Notes: generated by a model not told the origin, from the sequence alone. A DNA stretch of 64,000 nucleotides from Candidatus Bathyarchaeia archaeon (GCA_049521795.1 JBEKOM010000002.1:96001-160000), one strand, 5' to 3'. Shown: positions 10,826 through 21,482, counted from the stretch's first letter. Program-made: numbers and translations.

Positions 10826-11473
10826 TCACAACCTGAACCTCCTGCGTAAAACAGAGATCTCCCTTTCCAATCTCACGGCTAAGGGTATTGCCTTACCAAA
10901 AGGCTGGCACTGGTTCCTTCTAATTGCGTTGATAACGTCATCGGCGTCCGGCTCAGCATTGACCAGCGTGTAGGCGCAGCCTATTTCAGGACCGTAATGA
11001 GCATCGCTGCCGGCTACGCGGGCTTTCTTAAGCCAAGAAGCAATCTGTTCGGCACGCTTTGCAGAATACCTGAAAGGGATCGCGGATGAGTTTATCACTT
11101 CGACAGCGTCAAACATTGAAGTAGTGTGATCGCCCAAACTTCCTTTGAACATGGCTCCTGGATGACACGCAATTGCGATTCCATCCGCTTTATGAATTCT
11201 GTCTACAGTTTCCTCTGCTGTCAGTCCCTTCGTCACTGGATCTTGAATGTTGAGTGCAAGGATGTGGCCGTCGGAGCTCGTGATCTCCATCCCTGGCAGA
11301 ATCAGAAAATCCTTTTCCTTGGACATTCTCAGTGAACCGTCAAGTCGGTCATGGTCGGTTACCGCAACGCCATCCAGGCCTCTTTTTTTTGCGTAGTATG
11401 CAACCTCTTCAGGTGCGATAAGGGAGTCGACCGAATAAGTGGTGTGTACGTGTAAGTCGATCTTTAATTGCAA
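10826..11473 (-). CDS. PHP-domain metal-dependent phosphoesterase
   Basis: DLHVHT, VTDHD, HP, GSDAH motifs. Confidence 0.9.
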   Translation of the reverse strand: MQLKIDLHVHTTYSVDSLIAPEEVAYYAKKRGLDGVAVTDHDRLDGSLRMSKEKDFLILPGMEITSSDGHILALNIQDPVTKGLTAEETVDRIHKADGIAIACHPGAMFKGSLGDHTTSMFDAVEVINSSAIPFRYSAKRAEQIASWLKKARVAGSDAHYGPEIGCAYTLVNAEPDADDVINAIRRNQCQPFGKAIPLAVRLEREISVLRRRFRL

Positions 11474-11496
11474 ATTCTCAAAGCCCCAGCGTGATT

Positions 11497-13191
11497 TCAG
11501 ACCGCATTTGCCAACTTCCTCACTTTTTGGAGCTTTTCTTCCAGCTCTTGGGGGCTATCGTCTATTTTTCTGAACAAAGGTTTTGACTTTGCAATGCTGT
11601 GGTCCGATGGTAATGGCTTCAATGCTTCGTCCCACTTCTGTTCGTGCACGCTTCCGGGTAAGTTGAGGGTCTTCCATATCTCTTCAGCGGTAACTGGAAC
11701 GAATGGAGCTGAGGCAATTGCCAACGCTTTGACCACTTGAGCTGCCGCATTTAAGACTTTGGCAGCTTTTTTTCTATCCTTCTTGATGAGGTTCCACGGT
11801 TCTTTTTCGTTCAAGTACTGGTTTCCCATTCTGCTGATGCCTATCATCGTGTTTGCTGCGGACTGCAATCTGCAGGCTTCAATTTCTCTCGCTATCATCT
11901 CCGTCTTTTCCCCAAGAACCTTCAAGAGTTGTGTGGCATCTTCATCTGCGCCTTCAGTTTTAGGGATCACGCTATCGAATTGAGAGCTGATGAAGGTTAG
12001 GGTTCTGTGTATGAAGTTGCCGAAGGTGTCGTTTAGGTCAGCGTTGACCTTCTCAGTGAACAGGTCCCATGAAAAGTTTGAATCTTTCGTTTCTGGCCTC
12101 GTTGCTATTAGGAAGTATCGCCAGTAATCTGAGGAGAAGAGCTCCAGCGCTTCGTCAATCCAGATTCCCACCTTCTGGCTTTTTGAAGCTTTTTCGCCTT
12201 TGAACTGCAAGAATTCTGTCGCTGAAACGTTCCAAGGAAGGTTGTAGCCTTCGCCTGAGGCAAGTAACAATGCCGGCAAGATTATCGTGTGGAAAGGAAT
12301 GTTGTCTTTTCCTATGAAATAGTATGTTTTGGCTTCTTTGTTAAACCAGTACTCTTTCCATCTCTCCGGTTGTCCACGCTTCCTGAAGTATTCGATCGTC
12401 GCTGACACGTAGCCTAGGACGGCTTCTACCCACACGTAGATTCTCTTGTTCTCTGCACCTGGGAAGGGGGCTTGAATTCCCCAAGCGAGGTCCCTCGTCA
12501 CTGCTCTGGGCTTCAACCCTTCTCTTAACAGGCTTATGCTGAAGTTTTTAGTGTTGCTGGCTAATTGTTCATTACCGCTGAGGTAATCGCTGATCTGTTC
12601 GGAAAGCTTGGGCAGGTCAAAGTACCAGTGTTTCGTCGTCCTCAAGACTGGTTTGCTGTTGCATATGGCGCAGTACGGGTCAATGAGCAGTGTCGTTTCT
12701 AGCAGTCTTCCACAGTTTTCGCACTGGTCTCCACGGGCGTGTTCATAACCACAGTATGGACATTTTCCTTCAACGTACCTGTCGGGGAGAAATCGACCGC
12801 ATTTCTCACAATAGAGCATTTCAGTTTCTTGCGTGAAAATGTACCCGTTGTCATAGATTTTAGTCAAAAAGCCTTTGACGAATTCCTTGTGCACAGGGTT
12901 TTCCGTTCTCGTGTAGTTGTCAAAGGATATTCCCCAAGCCTTCAACAGCTCAACGATCTTCGCATGGTTTCTGTCCGTCAGTTCTTTAGGCGAGATGCCT
13001 AGTCTTATGGATTCTACCTCCACCGGTGTGCCGTGTTCATCTGAGCCGCTGACCATGATAACATCCTCACCCTTCAGCCGGCAGTATCTAGCGAACACGT
13101 CTGCAGACAGGATTGAACCTACTAGGTTGCCTAGGTGGGGAGTACTGTGCACGTAAGGCCAACCGGACGTGACTAGGGTTCTGAGTCTCAA
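11497..13191 (-). CDS. metG: Methionine--tRNA ligase (short form)
   Basis: PHLGN HIGH motif, GSDEHG, Zn knuckles, GKDNIPFH, KASKS. Confidence 0.97.
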   Translation of the reverse strand: MRLRTLVTSGWPYVHSTPHLGNLVGSILSADVFARYCRLKGEDVIMVSGSDEHGTPVEVESIRLGISPKELTDRNHAKIVELLKAWGISFDNYTRTENPVHKEFVKGFLTKIYDNGYIFTQETEMLYCEKCGRFLPDRYVEGKCPYCGYEHARGDQCENCGRLLETTLLIDPYCAICNSKPVLRTTKHWYFDLPKLSEQISDYLSGNEQLASNTKNFSISLLREGLKPRAVTRDLAWGIQAPFPGAENKRIYVWVEAVLGYVSATIEYFRKRGQPERWKEYWFNKEAKTYYFIGKDNIPFHTIILPALLLASGEGYNLPWNVSATEFLQFKGEKASKSQKVGIWIDEALELFSSDYWRYFLIATRPETKDSNFSWDLFTEKVNADLNDTFGNFIHRTLTFISSQFDSVIPKTEGADEDATQLLKVLGEKTEMIAREIEACRLQSAANTMIGISRMGNQYLNEKEPWNLIKKDRKKAAKVLNAAAQVVKALAIASAPFVPVTAEEIWKTLNLPGSVHEQKWDEALKPLPSDHSIAKSKPLFRKIDDSPQELEEKLQKVRKLANAV

Positions 13192-13331
13192 CGTAGCTCC
13201 AACATCCGTGGATGCGATTATTACAGATTAGAAGTTCAATTACTTAGACTATTCGTTTCTCTTTCAACTGGAGCTTCCCGCTTCTAGTGATTTCAGAAAG
13301 GGGGCGTCCTCTTATGGAGGAAAGTCGTGAC

Positions 13332-14345
13332 CTAGCAAGCGTCTGCGATGGGACTTATTTTGGTTATATCGTTCAACACTGCGTAAGCCGTCTGCCTGAG
13401 ACCTGAGAACTGTGCTGAGACGAAGACTTGCTGGGATGTCTTGAAGGAAAGTTTCAGCCCCATATGTCCTCCTTTGACCGTGGCCAGAGGGTCGTCTAGC
13501 GGTACGAGCCGCGGTTCGACGCGCATTTCATGCTTGGTTCCTCTCTTTGAGATTTCGCACACCAATTTCACTCTCTTTTTCAGTTCTCTGGCTTTCTCAA
13601 CCATCGGTCCGATGTTTCTTATTCCTTCCACCTTCACGTTCTCCAGCTTCGCGGCGTTCTTGAAGAGCGAATTGGCCAATATCACTACTTTTCTGGCGGC
13701 ATCTATTCCGTCCACGTCGTCAGAGTAGTTTGTTTCGGCCCACCCTGCTCTTATTGCATATTTCAAGGCTTCTTGGAAGTCTCTGCCCTTCTCCATTTCG
13801 CCTATTATGAAGTTCGTCGTGGCGTTGAGTACCCCTTGAAGACTCAGAAGCTCATCAGCCCTGAAACATGAATCAATCAAGCAGAAGACGGGAACATGAG
13901 CTGCAACCGTTGCCTCGTAAAGGAGCTTGACATGGTTGCTTCTGGCCAGCTCCGAGAGGCTGGCGTACGCGACGACAAGAGGACCCTTGTTGGCCGTCAC
14001 AACGTTCTTCTTCCGCATCAAGGCAGCCCTGATGTGGGATAGGCCCGGCTCACCCGACAGGGTCGACGGCGTCAGCTCCACGACCACGTCGCTTTCGACA
14101 TCTCTAATGGCCTCCGGTGCTGCGTATTTACTGACATATTGACTGAAGCCTTTCCATCGATTATCCTTATGCTTCAACACTTTTCCTAGATCTAGACCTT
14201 TTTCATCCACTGCGGTTCCTTTCGAATCAGAAATTGAAACTACTGTGAGATCGACTCCGAGAGCTTTCAGAGTGTCTTGTTTTTCTCTTATGAGCGAGAG
14301 AAGAGTCTTGCCAACGTTACCCAAGCCGATGAGTTGCATTTTCAT
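13332..14345 (-). CDS. hom: Homoserine dehydrogenase
   Basis: GLGNVG, VTANKGP, YEATV, GVLNATTNFI, DVDGIDAARK. Confidence 0.85.
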   Translation of the reverse strand: MKMQLIGLGNVGKTLLSLIREKQDTLKALGVDLTVVSISDSKGTAVDEKGLDLGKVLKHKDNRWKGFSQYVSKYAAPEAIRDVESDVVVELTPSTLSGEPGLSHIRAALMRKKNVVTANKGPLVVAYASLSELARSNHVKLLYEATVAAHVPVFCLIDSCFRADELLSLQGVLNATTNFIIGEMEKGRDFQEALKYAIRAGWAETNYSDDVDGIDAARKVVILANSLFKNAAKLENVKVEGIRNIGPMVEKARELKKRVKLVCEISKRGTKHEMRVEPRLVPLDDPLATVKGGHMGLKLSFKTSQQVFVSAQFSGLRQTAYAVLNDITKISPIADAC

Positions 14346-14700
14346 GCAGGAAGCCTTGTTGTTGCGCGTATTTTAGACTTCGCACGTTCTTCTTGCTGAT
14401 TGAGGAACAAGGTTCAAACTATCAATCAAGCAAGCAAAAATCTTGCTGAAGAAATTTGAAACAGTCACAGGTGGAGAGTCAAAGATTTAAAAAGAAAAGG
14501 TTTGATTCTGCTCAAGCGTGAGTTTCTGACCGGACTTATCACTCATCGATTATCCACAAAGGGTACTAATCATCGCCTCGTTTGGCAGGCGCCTCACGCT
14601 TGCGCGCGCAAATCTTCAGCATCCAAAGGAATGAAAAAGAAAAAGTGTTCAGCGAAAAGGATTTCTGCACTCGCGAAGAATAAGAAGCTGAGGGCTCATA

Positions 14701-14904
14701 TTGGAAAGCGTTGACGAGTTCAGACGTTATCGGGAGCGAATGAATGCACGAATCCTTTCAAGCGGCAATCTTGGAATCAAACGTTTCTTCGCTTTGGACA
14801 GCCGAGCTTACGAAAAAGGCGCTCTAGATGTCAAGACCAAGGAGCCGCTGGGTCTCGTTGCATCCGTGGTCTTGCGCTGCAACGACTGCATTACTTCCCC
14901 CTGA
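14701..14904 (+). pseudogene. Truncated carboxymuconolactone decarboxylase/AhpD-family gene
   Basis: KRFFALDSRAYEKGALDVKTKE..LRCNDCI, then a stop immediately after the CxxC motif. Confidence 0.65.
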
Positions 14905-15093
14905 GTGAGAAGTAATGCATGAAATTCATTCACTTTAGTCTGGTTTTTTCTCTGTGAGTGGAGGCACGAAGTCGGCTTCTGAACAAATGAATAACTTTGT
15001 TAGTTCCGTTAATATCGTTAATTTTGGTTCTATACTGTCCCGCGGCTGTCTGTCTTGTGAGTCTCATGCGTTCCTTTGAGGCGTCTGCACTCG

Positions 15094-15660
15094 AGTGGAA
15101 TCACGCTTGGTGGGTCCAGCGATAATACCATATCGAATAACACATTTCTTTCTCTACCTGGGAACGGCATTTGGATAACGGACTCCAGCCAGTGAAACAC
15201 GATAGTCGACAACAGTTTGAATTTGAACCACTACGGCATCGTCCTGTCGAATGCTTCCAACTACAATGTCATAGCGAATAGCTTTGTCAACTCGTCTGAT
15301 TGGTCAGGTATTCGTCTGAACTGGCAAGGGTCAAATGGGAGTAGCTACAAAAATGTTTTCAGCGGATCATTAGTCATCGTGACACTTACGTTTCAACCTT
15401 TACGGGCAGGATCAACATCCCTAGCCTTCTCGTACATCACTATAGCCAACCTATCAGCAGCGCCAATAACAAACCTCGCCTGTAACGGCTTCGTTGAAGT
15501 GCAAGGTTTCGCATGATAAAGCTGCAGGCGAGTCTTCATCAGTAGACTCAGAATTCGCGAGCTTGAGCAGGAAAACGGCGCGCCCGCATATGTGGAGTTA
15601 CCATACCGGTGGATATGTTGAGTCTTCTCCTGCAGTCAGTGGTGGTGTAGTCTACTTGGA
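15094..15660 (+). pseudogene. Mosaic relic of surface-protein modules (NosD repeats, cohesin C-half, PQQ-like repeat)
   Basis: GITLGGSSDNTISNN..GIWITDSSQ*NTI (TGA 15193-15195), then VTLTFQPLRAGSTSLAF, then WSYHTGGYVESSPAVSGGVVY in another frame. Confidence 0.6.
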
Positions 15661-15740
15661 GCTCCATCGGAAGGATCCACTCCGTCTGAAAAAAAGAAAG
15701 AGGAGGTGGAAATGCGGGCGCAAGCTATTGCGTTGAAGCC

Positions 15741-17015
15741 TTAAACTGTTTGGCCGAAGTTGTTAGCGAGTAATATGGAGTCAAGGATGTTTATTGTGTT
15801 GTCGTGGTTCAGGTCAGCGAGGGCGTTCCAGTTTGCGGCGCCTGGTGAGGACCCGAAAGCGTTTGCTAAGATTACAGCATCTAGGATATTGACTACATGG
15901 TCACCGTTGAGGTCTCCGGTTGGAACAGAAATGTCAACGCTTCCGCTTATCCCGCTCCTCGAAAGCGCGCGCGCGCTTGTGTCAGCAATTTCGACGTCGT
16001 ACAGCGTCAAGTCACTTGACGCCACTTGTCCCTTTGGTGGCGTGGATATGACTTGGAACGTTACCGTCGCAACTGTTCCGGTTCCGTTCAATAACGGCGG
16101 ATGCCATACACCGCTGTCATCTGGAAGTATAAAACCTGCGAAGTTCACGTAGTTTGATCCGTAGTTCGGCCCATAGTAAAGCACGCCTCCGTTAGGCGGA
16201 GCAGCAGGTCCATTCAAGAAAGTCCCATTGTTAACCGCCACCACCGAAAGCAAAGTTGGGTCATAGCCAAGTGTGAACTCGAAGCCAACAACGTTGTTTG
16301 CCGGGTCTATATTGTGGGCAACTATGCTTACCGTGAACGTCTGGCTTACGGACGTTGCTTGATACAGAGACGGCTCAGCGGCTAGAAACGGACCGATGGC
16401 ATAGAATCCGCTTATGTCTTTGTGTGTGATGGCCTTTGCTCCGCTGTCACCAAGTTTGGTGTCGTACAGCTGCAACTCACATGACGCTCCTGATCCGTCT
16501 GACGGCTTATATATGACTCGGAACGTTACCGTCGCAACTGTTCCGGTTCCGTTCAATAACGGCGGATGCCATACACCGCTGTCATCTGGAAGTATAAAAC
16601 CTGCGAAGTTCACGTAGTTTGATCCGTAGTTCGGCCCAATACGGTTTGATCCGTAGTTCGGCCCATAGTAAAGCACGCCTCCGTTAGGCGGAGCAGCAGG
16701 TCCATTCAAGAAAGTCCCATTGTTAACCGCCACCACCGAAAGCAAAGTTGGGTCATAGCCAAGGTTGAACTCGAAGCCAACAGCGTTGCTTGCCGGGTCT
16801 ATATTGTGGGCAACTATGCTTACCGTGAACGTCTGGCTTACGGACGTTGCTTGATACAGAAACGGTTCCACTGAAAAGTATGGTACGCTGGCGCTGGTCG
16901 TTGCAGCCTGTGCTTGCATTGTTGATGGTTGAATTAGTGCGACTAATCCTGTCAACATTGCGACTATAGCGATCGTTGCAAACATGTGGATAACTTTCGC
17001 TAAAGTATTCTTCAT
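15741..17015 (-). CDS. Secreted cohesin-cohesin-dockerin protein
   Basis: Signal peptide after AGGAG; two GFEF.LGYDPTLL domains; GDLNGDHVVNILD / ADLNHDNTINILD dockerin. Confidence 0.85.
   Translation of the reverse strand: MKNTLAKVIHMFATIAIVAMLTGLVALIQPSTMQAQAATTSASVPYFSVEPFLYQATSVSQTFTVSIVAHNIDPASNAVGFEFNLGYDPTLLSVVAVNNGTFLNGPAAPPNGGVLYYGPNYGSNRIGPNYGSNYVNFAGFILPDDSGVWHPPLLNGTGTVATVTFRVIYKPSDGSGASCELQLYDTKLGDSGAKAITHKDISGFYAIGPFLAAEPSLYQATSVSQTFTVSIVAHNIDPANNVVGFEFTLGYDPTLLSVVAVNNGTFLNGPAAPPNGGVLYYGPNYGSNYVNFAGFILPDDSGVWHPPLLNGTGTVATVTFQVISTPPKGQVASSDLTLYDVEIADTSARALSRSGISGSVDISVPTGDLNGDHVVNILDAVILANAFGSSPGAANWNALADLNHDNTINILDSILLANNFGQTV
16046..16860. repeat. Near-identical intragenic duplication (16046-16368 vs 16511-16860)
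   Basis: 323-bp unit, about five substitutions plus a 27-bp insertion in the second copy. Confidence 0.9.
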
Positions 17016-17064
17016 TCTTTTCTCCCTTCTCCTTTTTATGTACGTACTATTGTGCGTGTCTGCC

Positions 17065-17092
17065 AATTTAAGGATTCTGGAATCATCTTCTA
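17065..17092 (-). promoter_or_regulatory. Shared operator-TATA promoter motif
   Basis: TAGAAGatgATTCCAGAAtccTTAAATT on the minus strand. Confidence 0.6.
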
Positions 17093-17555
17093 GCACTATC
17101 ATAAACCTGAAGGTTAAACATAAGCCTTTGCGAGACGCGTTCCAATTGAGAAATAGCAGAAAAAGGCGCTTTCGAGTAGCAAAAGACTTGACTAATGCGC
17201 ATATGTGCACTGAAAGTCGAATATGACGCACGTCCCTGTACCATTGATAGCGTTGTCTGAGATGCTGCAATTATCTGCGTTGTCAAGATTGACCGCAGAG
17301 TCAGACAATCATCAGACATCGGTCTTCACTTTCTCTTTCCATGTTATTCATCTTCTAGTTTTGAACGCGCTGCCACTAAATAGTATGCTCCGATGCGCGC
17401 GCGGACGGAAGCTTGTGGAAAGATAGGAAACAATACGAAGTACCTTCCTCTCTTGACAGAGAGCTATACCACCATGTCGTCTCAGCTATTTTGCACTTGC
17501 GAACAAAAACAGGATCAGAGCTCTCAAACGGAAAAGAATAAGAAAAGAATCAGAG

Positions 17556-18725
17556 CTACGCTGTGCGTCCGAAATTCATACAAAGCAGGATTAGGTCGAT
17601 GATGTTAACAGTTCCGTTCCCGTCCAAGTCGGCGACTGGATTCCAGTTTGGGTCTCCAGGAGAAGACCCATATGCCTTGGCAGCCAGTATTGCGTCTTTG
17701 ATGTCCACGACGCCGTCTCCATTCAGGTCTCCCATGATCGTGAGTGCATTCGTGAAACTTCCATCAACAGTGTTAGAAGGCAATGCTTGACCGGTACTGT
17801 CCACGAGTGTCACGTTATACAGGTGAAGTGTCGAGTTTCGCGCTTTGTCTGCTTGCACTTGAAACTGGATCACGGCCAGCGTGCCGTTCCCGCTTAGCGG
17901 GGTTGACAAAGACACGTTGAATCTTACGAATGCTGCCGTGTTATCTATCTGAGTAATGGGCGTTGCTGAACCAGGAATAGAGCTGCCGCTTGCTACGGAG
18001 TTTGCGTGTAGGACACTGGCGTTGAAACCAAGCTTGAATTCCAAACCAGCTAGGCCTGAGGCGTTCACGACGTTTACGTTCACTGTGAAGTTGTTGTTGG
18101 GAACAAGGCTCGAGTTGGCGACCGTTGCAGGATCAACATAAAGCAAAGCTGTCTTTGGCAACGAAGGTGGGGCAAGATTGTTGAAGAACCCGTCATCAAG
18201 TTCGATCGTGAGTGGAAGACCGTTAGGGTCTCCGAATATAGTCGTTCCGAAGTGAATAGGGCATTCTCCAGTGCCCACGACCTTAAGCGTGATAATGGCC
18301 ACGGTGTAACTTCCGTTTATCGGTGCATAACCGCCGGAAATGGCATCTGAAGTACTTTGATAAGTGTAGGCGTATGAAGCACTATCCGCAGCTACCTTAT
18401 TCTTGAGCTGCCAAAGGTTTGATATTTGATCTGGCGGTATGGTTTCGTGAAAAATGACGTCTGTCATGCTTACTCCATTAAGCACACTGGAATTCCAGGA
18501 CAGTTGGAACTGGATGCCGGCTACTCCTGGGTCTGCTGGTATGTTGTCGACTTTGACGGAAATGTTGAAGGTGGTGTTAGGCGCTAATGAGACGTTTGCG
18601 ACTTTGGACGGGTCAACGTAGACTTTCATGGATGATGTCTGTGCTTTGCCGACAGGCATTGCAATCGTGAAGACAAAGGATGCCAAAAGGATTGCTACAG
18701 GTATCACTGCAACTCTCTTGACCAT
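17556..18725 (-). CDS. Secreted cohesin-cohesin-dockerin protein
   Basis: Signal peptide; AGIQFQLSWNSSVL and AGLEFKLGFNASVL domains; GDLNGDGVVDIKD / ADLDGNGTVNIID. Confidence 0.85.
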   Translation of the reverse strand: MVKRVAVIPVAILLASFVFTIAMPVGKAQTSSMKVYVDPSKVANVSLAPNTTFNISVKVDNIPADPGVAGIQFQLSWNSSVLNGVSMTDVIFHETIPPDQISNLWQLKNKVAADSASYAYTYQSTSDAISGGYAPINGSYTVAIITLKVVGTGECPIHFGTTIFGDPNGLPLTIELDDGFFNNLAPPSLPKTALLYVDPATVANSSLVPNNNFTVNVNVVNASGLAGLEFKLGFNASVLHANSVASGSSIPGSATPITQIDNTAAFVRFNVSLSTPLSGNGTLAVIQFQVQADKARNSTLHLYNVTLVDSTGQALPSNTVDGSFTNALTIMGDLNGDGVVDIKDAILAAKAYGSSPGDPNWNPVADLDGNGTVNIIDLILLCMNFGRTA

Positions 18726-18765
18726 GTCTCCTTCTCTCCGATGATATAACAAGCTACGGTGATTT

Positions 18766-18793
18766 ATTATAAACATTCTGGAGTATTCTTCTA
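18766..18793 (-). promoter_or_regulatory. Shared operator-TATA promoter motif
   Basis: TAGAAGaatACTCCAGAAtgtTTATAAT on the minus strand. Confidence 0.55.
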
Positions 18794-18896
18794 TCGAAAG
18801 TCCATGGCTCTTTTGCCTCAGGAGAGAGTCAAAGCGGAAAAGCGGAGGGTGATTTCCTTTCGAGAGTACTATGCTCTGACATCAAGCGGACACAAT

Positions 18897-20150
18897 CTAC
18901 TCCAGATGGGAGGCACTACTAGTCAATTGGCGCAATATCTGTGCGATCTTGCCTGCAGGAGCGTCTGATCTTATTCCCCTTGAATTGAAGTGCGTCAACG
19001 ATGCATGGAAACCTGCTTTTCGCAAGGACTCCACCACATCGTTGACCCGTGGAACTGGCAGGTTCAGGACATCGCACATCTCATCAACTACGAAGTATGT
19101 GGGTGGACCATCAGACTCGTCCTTGATCAAGGCCAGCATTTTTCGTATTTTTCCCCCAAGCTTGAGTTTCCTGCTCTGGATTTCCTTTTCCATCATGTCG
19201 CAGAAACTAGTGTCAAACAAGCTTCCAAGCCACAGAGGTCCAGCGACCGAAAGCTTTGAGCCACACTCGCTGCACTCCCTTGGGCGCAGAATTTCGAACA
19301 ACCCCTTTACTGTTTCCCTGTGGAGGCACGTGAAACAGTGCAAGACATAACCCATATTCTTCACGCTTTCATCAGCGCTCTTTGCCCCGTACTTTGCCGT
19401 CGCGTAGACCCTGATGTAGTGTTCACCTCGATGCGTGAAGATCGGGCTCACGCCGATGTCGTGTTTGGCAGCGACAGCGGTCAGACATCCAGCCAAGAGC
19501 CTGGCAGCCAGTTCGTGGCAGTATTCAGTTCGCAGAGGTTTTCCGCCGTATTTTCTGATGCATGCTTTTGGATGAACGCCGCACAGAGACGCCATGTCTG
19601 TGGCTGTTAGTGCAAGAAGACCCTTGTCACGCAGGGCTCGAACAGCAGAATCGAGAAAGGGCACTGGAGAGCCGAAGGGGTCAATGTCTATTGCATCAAA
19701 TCGCTTACGCGGAGCGCTGTAACTGCTTAGGATAAGGTTTGCTTCCTTTTTTCTTACAGTAATGTGTTTAGCAAGGCTGTTCAACTGCACGTTGTAGCTC
19801 GCAAGGCGGAAAGCCTGCTGGTTGATGTCGTTCAAAACGGTTTTTCTTACTCCTTCGACTTCCACGGCAAAGCGTATTCCTCTCAGGCCGCAGCCAGTTA
19901 GGGGTTCGCACACAGAGATCTTACGCTTGATCTTTCTCTGATACGCTTGCAGGACCAGAACAGCTAGGTCGCGATTCAACTCCATGACAGGATTGTAGAA
20001 TACGGGGGCCTTGGAAGGTGCATACTCAGAAGGCAGCTTCACGAACGCCTTAAGTTCGGGAACCAACACTTTGACTCTGCCCTCTTCAATGAGTTCCGTC
20101 GGATAATTCGGTTTGAAGCTTTCAAGAATCATGTTGCGGCTGTTCCTCAA
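18897..20150 (-). CDS. trm1: tRNA (guanine-26-N2)-dimethyltransferase Trm1
   Basis: VFYNPVMELNRD, GLRGIR, DIDPFGSP, TATD, GPLWLG, THF motifs. Confidence 0.95.
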   Translation of the reverse strand: MRNSRNMILESFKPNYPTELIEEGRVKVLVPELKAFVKLPSEYAPSKAPVFYNPVMELNRDLAVLVLQAYQRKIKRKISVCEPLTGCGLRGIRFAVEVEGVRKTVLNDINQQAFRLASYNVQLNSLAKHITVRKKEANLILSSYSAPRKRFDAIDIDPFGSPVPFLDSAVRALRDKGLLALTATDMASLCGVHPKACIRKYGGKPLRTEYCHELAARLLAGCLTAVAAKHDIGVSPIFTHRGEHYIRVYATAKYGAKSADESVKNMGYVLHCFTCLHRETVKGLFEILRPRECSECGSKLSVAGPLWLGSLFDTSFCDMMEKEIQSRKLKLGGKIRKMLALIKDESDGPPTYFVVDEMCDVLNLPVPRVNDVVESLRKAGFHASLTHFNSRGIRSDAPAGKIAQILRQLTSSASHLE

Positions 20151-20207
20151 CCATGGTTAAGGAAAAACCTTTAAGGTGATATTAGACTTCTGGTGTGAAG
20201 CGAACAA

Positions 20208-20765
20208 ATGTTGAAGAAACGTATACTGCTCATAACTGGTAGTCCAGGCGTTGGCAAGACAACTCTTTTGTTGAAGGTTGCTGAAACTTTGAAAGCTAAC
20301 GGCTACGGTGTCGGAGGAATGATAAGCCGTGATGTTCGCACGTCTGGAAGCCGCGTTGGCTTCGAGGTTACGGACTTGAACAGTGGCAACAAGGGCTGGC
20401 TTGCGAGTGTGCAACAGGAACGAGGCCCGCAAGTGGGAAAGTACCGAGTTAACGTGGATGACCTGAATGGCATAGGTGTGAAGGCCATAGTGGAGGCTGT
20501 TGAGAAGCTTGACGTTGTCGTTGTTGACGAGATTGGACCCATGGAGCTCTTTTCAGTGAAGTTCAGGGAAGCTGTCAAGAAGGCTGTTGAAAGCAAGAAG
20601 CTCGTGGTCTCTACAATTCACTGGAAAATGAGCGGCGAGTTGATAGACAGCATAAAGAAAAGGGAAGACGCTGAAATACACGTTCTCACGAACGAGAACC
20701 GGGGGCGCGTGCTTGAAGAGATCGTCAGAGAGGCATTAGACTTTCTTTCGAGAGTTGATGGTTAA
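20208..20765 (+). CDS. Nucleoside triphosphatase THEP1 family
   Basis: ITGSPGVGKTT, RVGF, VGKYRV, VDEIGPMEL. Confidence 0.92.
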   Translation: MLKKRILLITGSPGVGKTTLLLKVAETLKANGYGVGGMISRDVRTSGSRVGFEVTDLNSGNKGWLASVQQERGPQVGKYRVNVDDLNGIGVKAIVEAVEKLDVVVVDEIGPMELFSVKFREAVKKAVESKKLVVSTIHWKMSGELIDSIKKREDAEIHVLTNENRGRVLEEIVREALDFLSRVDG

Positions 20766-20819
20766 CAAAGGGTTATAACTCTGAAGCCAAAATAGCTCAT
20801 GACGAAGAGACTGGTTCTG

Positions 20820-21482
20820 ATGTTGATTGCGGGCGTCGACGATGCAGGCCGCGGCGCCGTGATTGGCCCGTTGGTTATTGCTGGTGTTTTGGTCAAAGAA
20901 GAGGATTTGCCGCGGCTTAAGGAATTGGGTGTTAAGGATTCCAAGCTTTTGTCTCCGCGTAGGCGGGAGGTGCTGGCTGTCGAAATTAGGAAGATTGTTC
21001 AGAAATATGCTGTGGTGAAGCTTCAGCCAGAAGAGATAGATGTGGTTGTGAAGAGCGGCCGGAAGCTTCACAAGTTGAACTGGTTGGAAGCGCAAACCAT
21101 GGCAAGGGTCATTGAGATGCTTAAGCCGGACAGGGTTTACGTCGATGCTTCTGACGTTTTGGAGGAGCGGTTTAAACAGCACATCTTAGAGTGTATGTCT
21201 TTCAGAGTTGACATTATCTCTGAGCACAAGGCCGACAGAAACTACGTGGCGGTTTCAGCAGCATCCATAATCGCCAAAGTTGAGAGGGACCGAGAAGTTG
21301 CAGAGCTCGCGAGGGTCTATGGAGATTTTGGATCGGGCTATCCTTCGGACCAAAGGACCATGGATTTTCTGAAACTGCTGGTGGAGAAAACGGAAGAGTA
21401 CCCTGAATTCATAAGAAAGTCGTGGAAGCCTGCGAAAAAAGTCAAGGATGGAAGAGGTTCGCATCAGACGGAGCTTGCTTGA
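20820..21482 (+). CDS. rnhB: Ribonuclease HII
   Basis: GVDDAGRG, VKDSK, HKAD, SAASIIAKVERD, GSGYPSD. Confidence 0.95.
   Translation: MLIAGVDDAGRGAVIGPLVIAGVLVKEEDLPRLKELGVKDSKLLSPRRREVLAVEIRKIVQKYAVVKLQPEEIDVVVKSGRKLHKLNWLEAQTMARVIEMLKPDRVYVDASDVLEERFKQHILECMSFRVDIISEHKADRNYVAVSAASIIAKVERDREVAELARVYGDFGSGYPSDQRTMDFLKLLVEKTEEYPEFIRKSWKPAKKVKDGRGSHQTELA

Noticed and set aside
15193-15195. In-frame TGA as selenocysteine or read-through
   Set aside because: It lies in a fragmentary mosaic with no start or signal peptide and not at a Cys-type position; decay is simpler.
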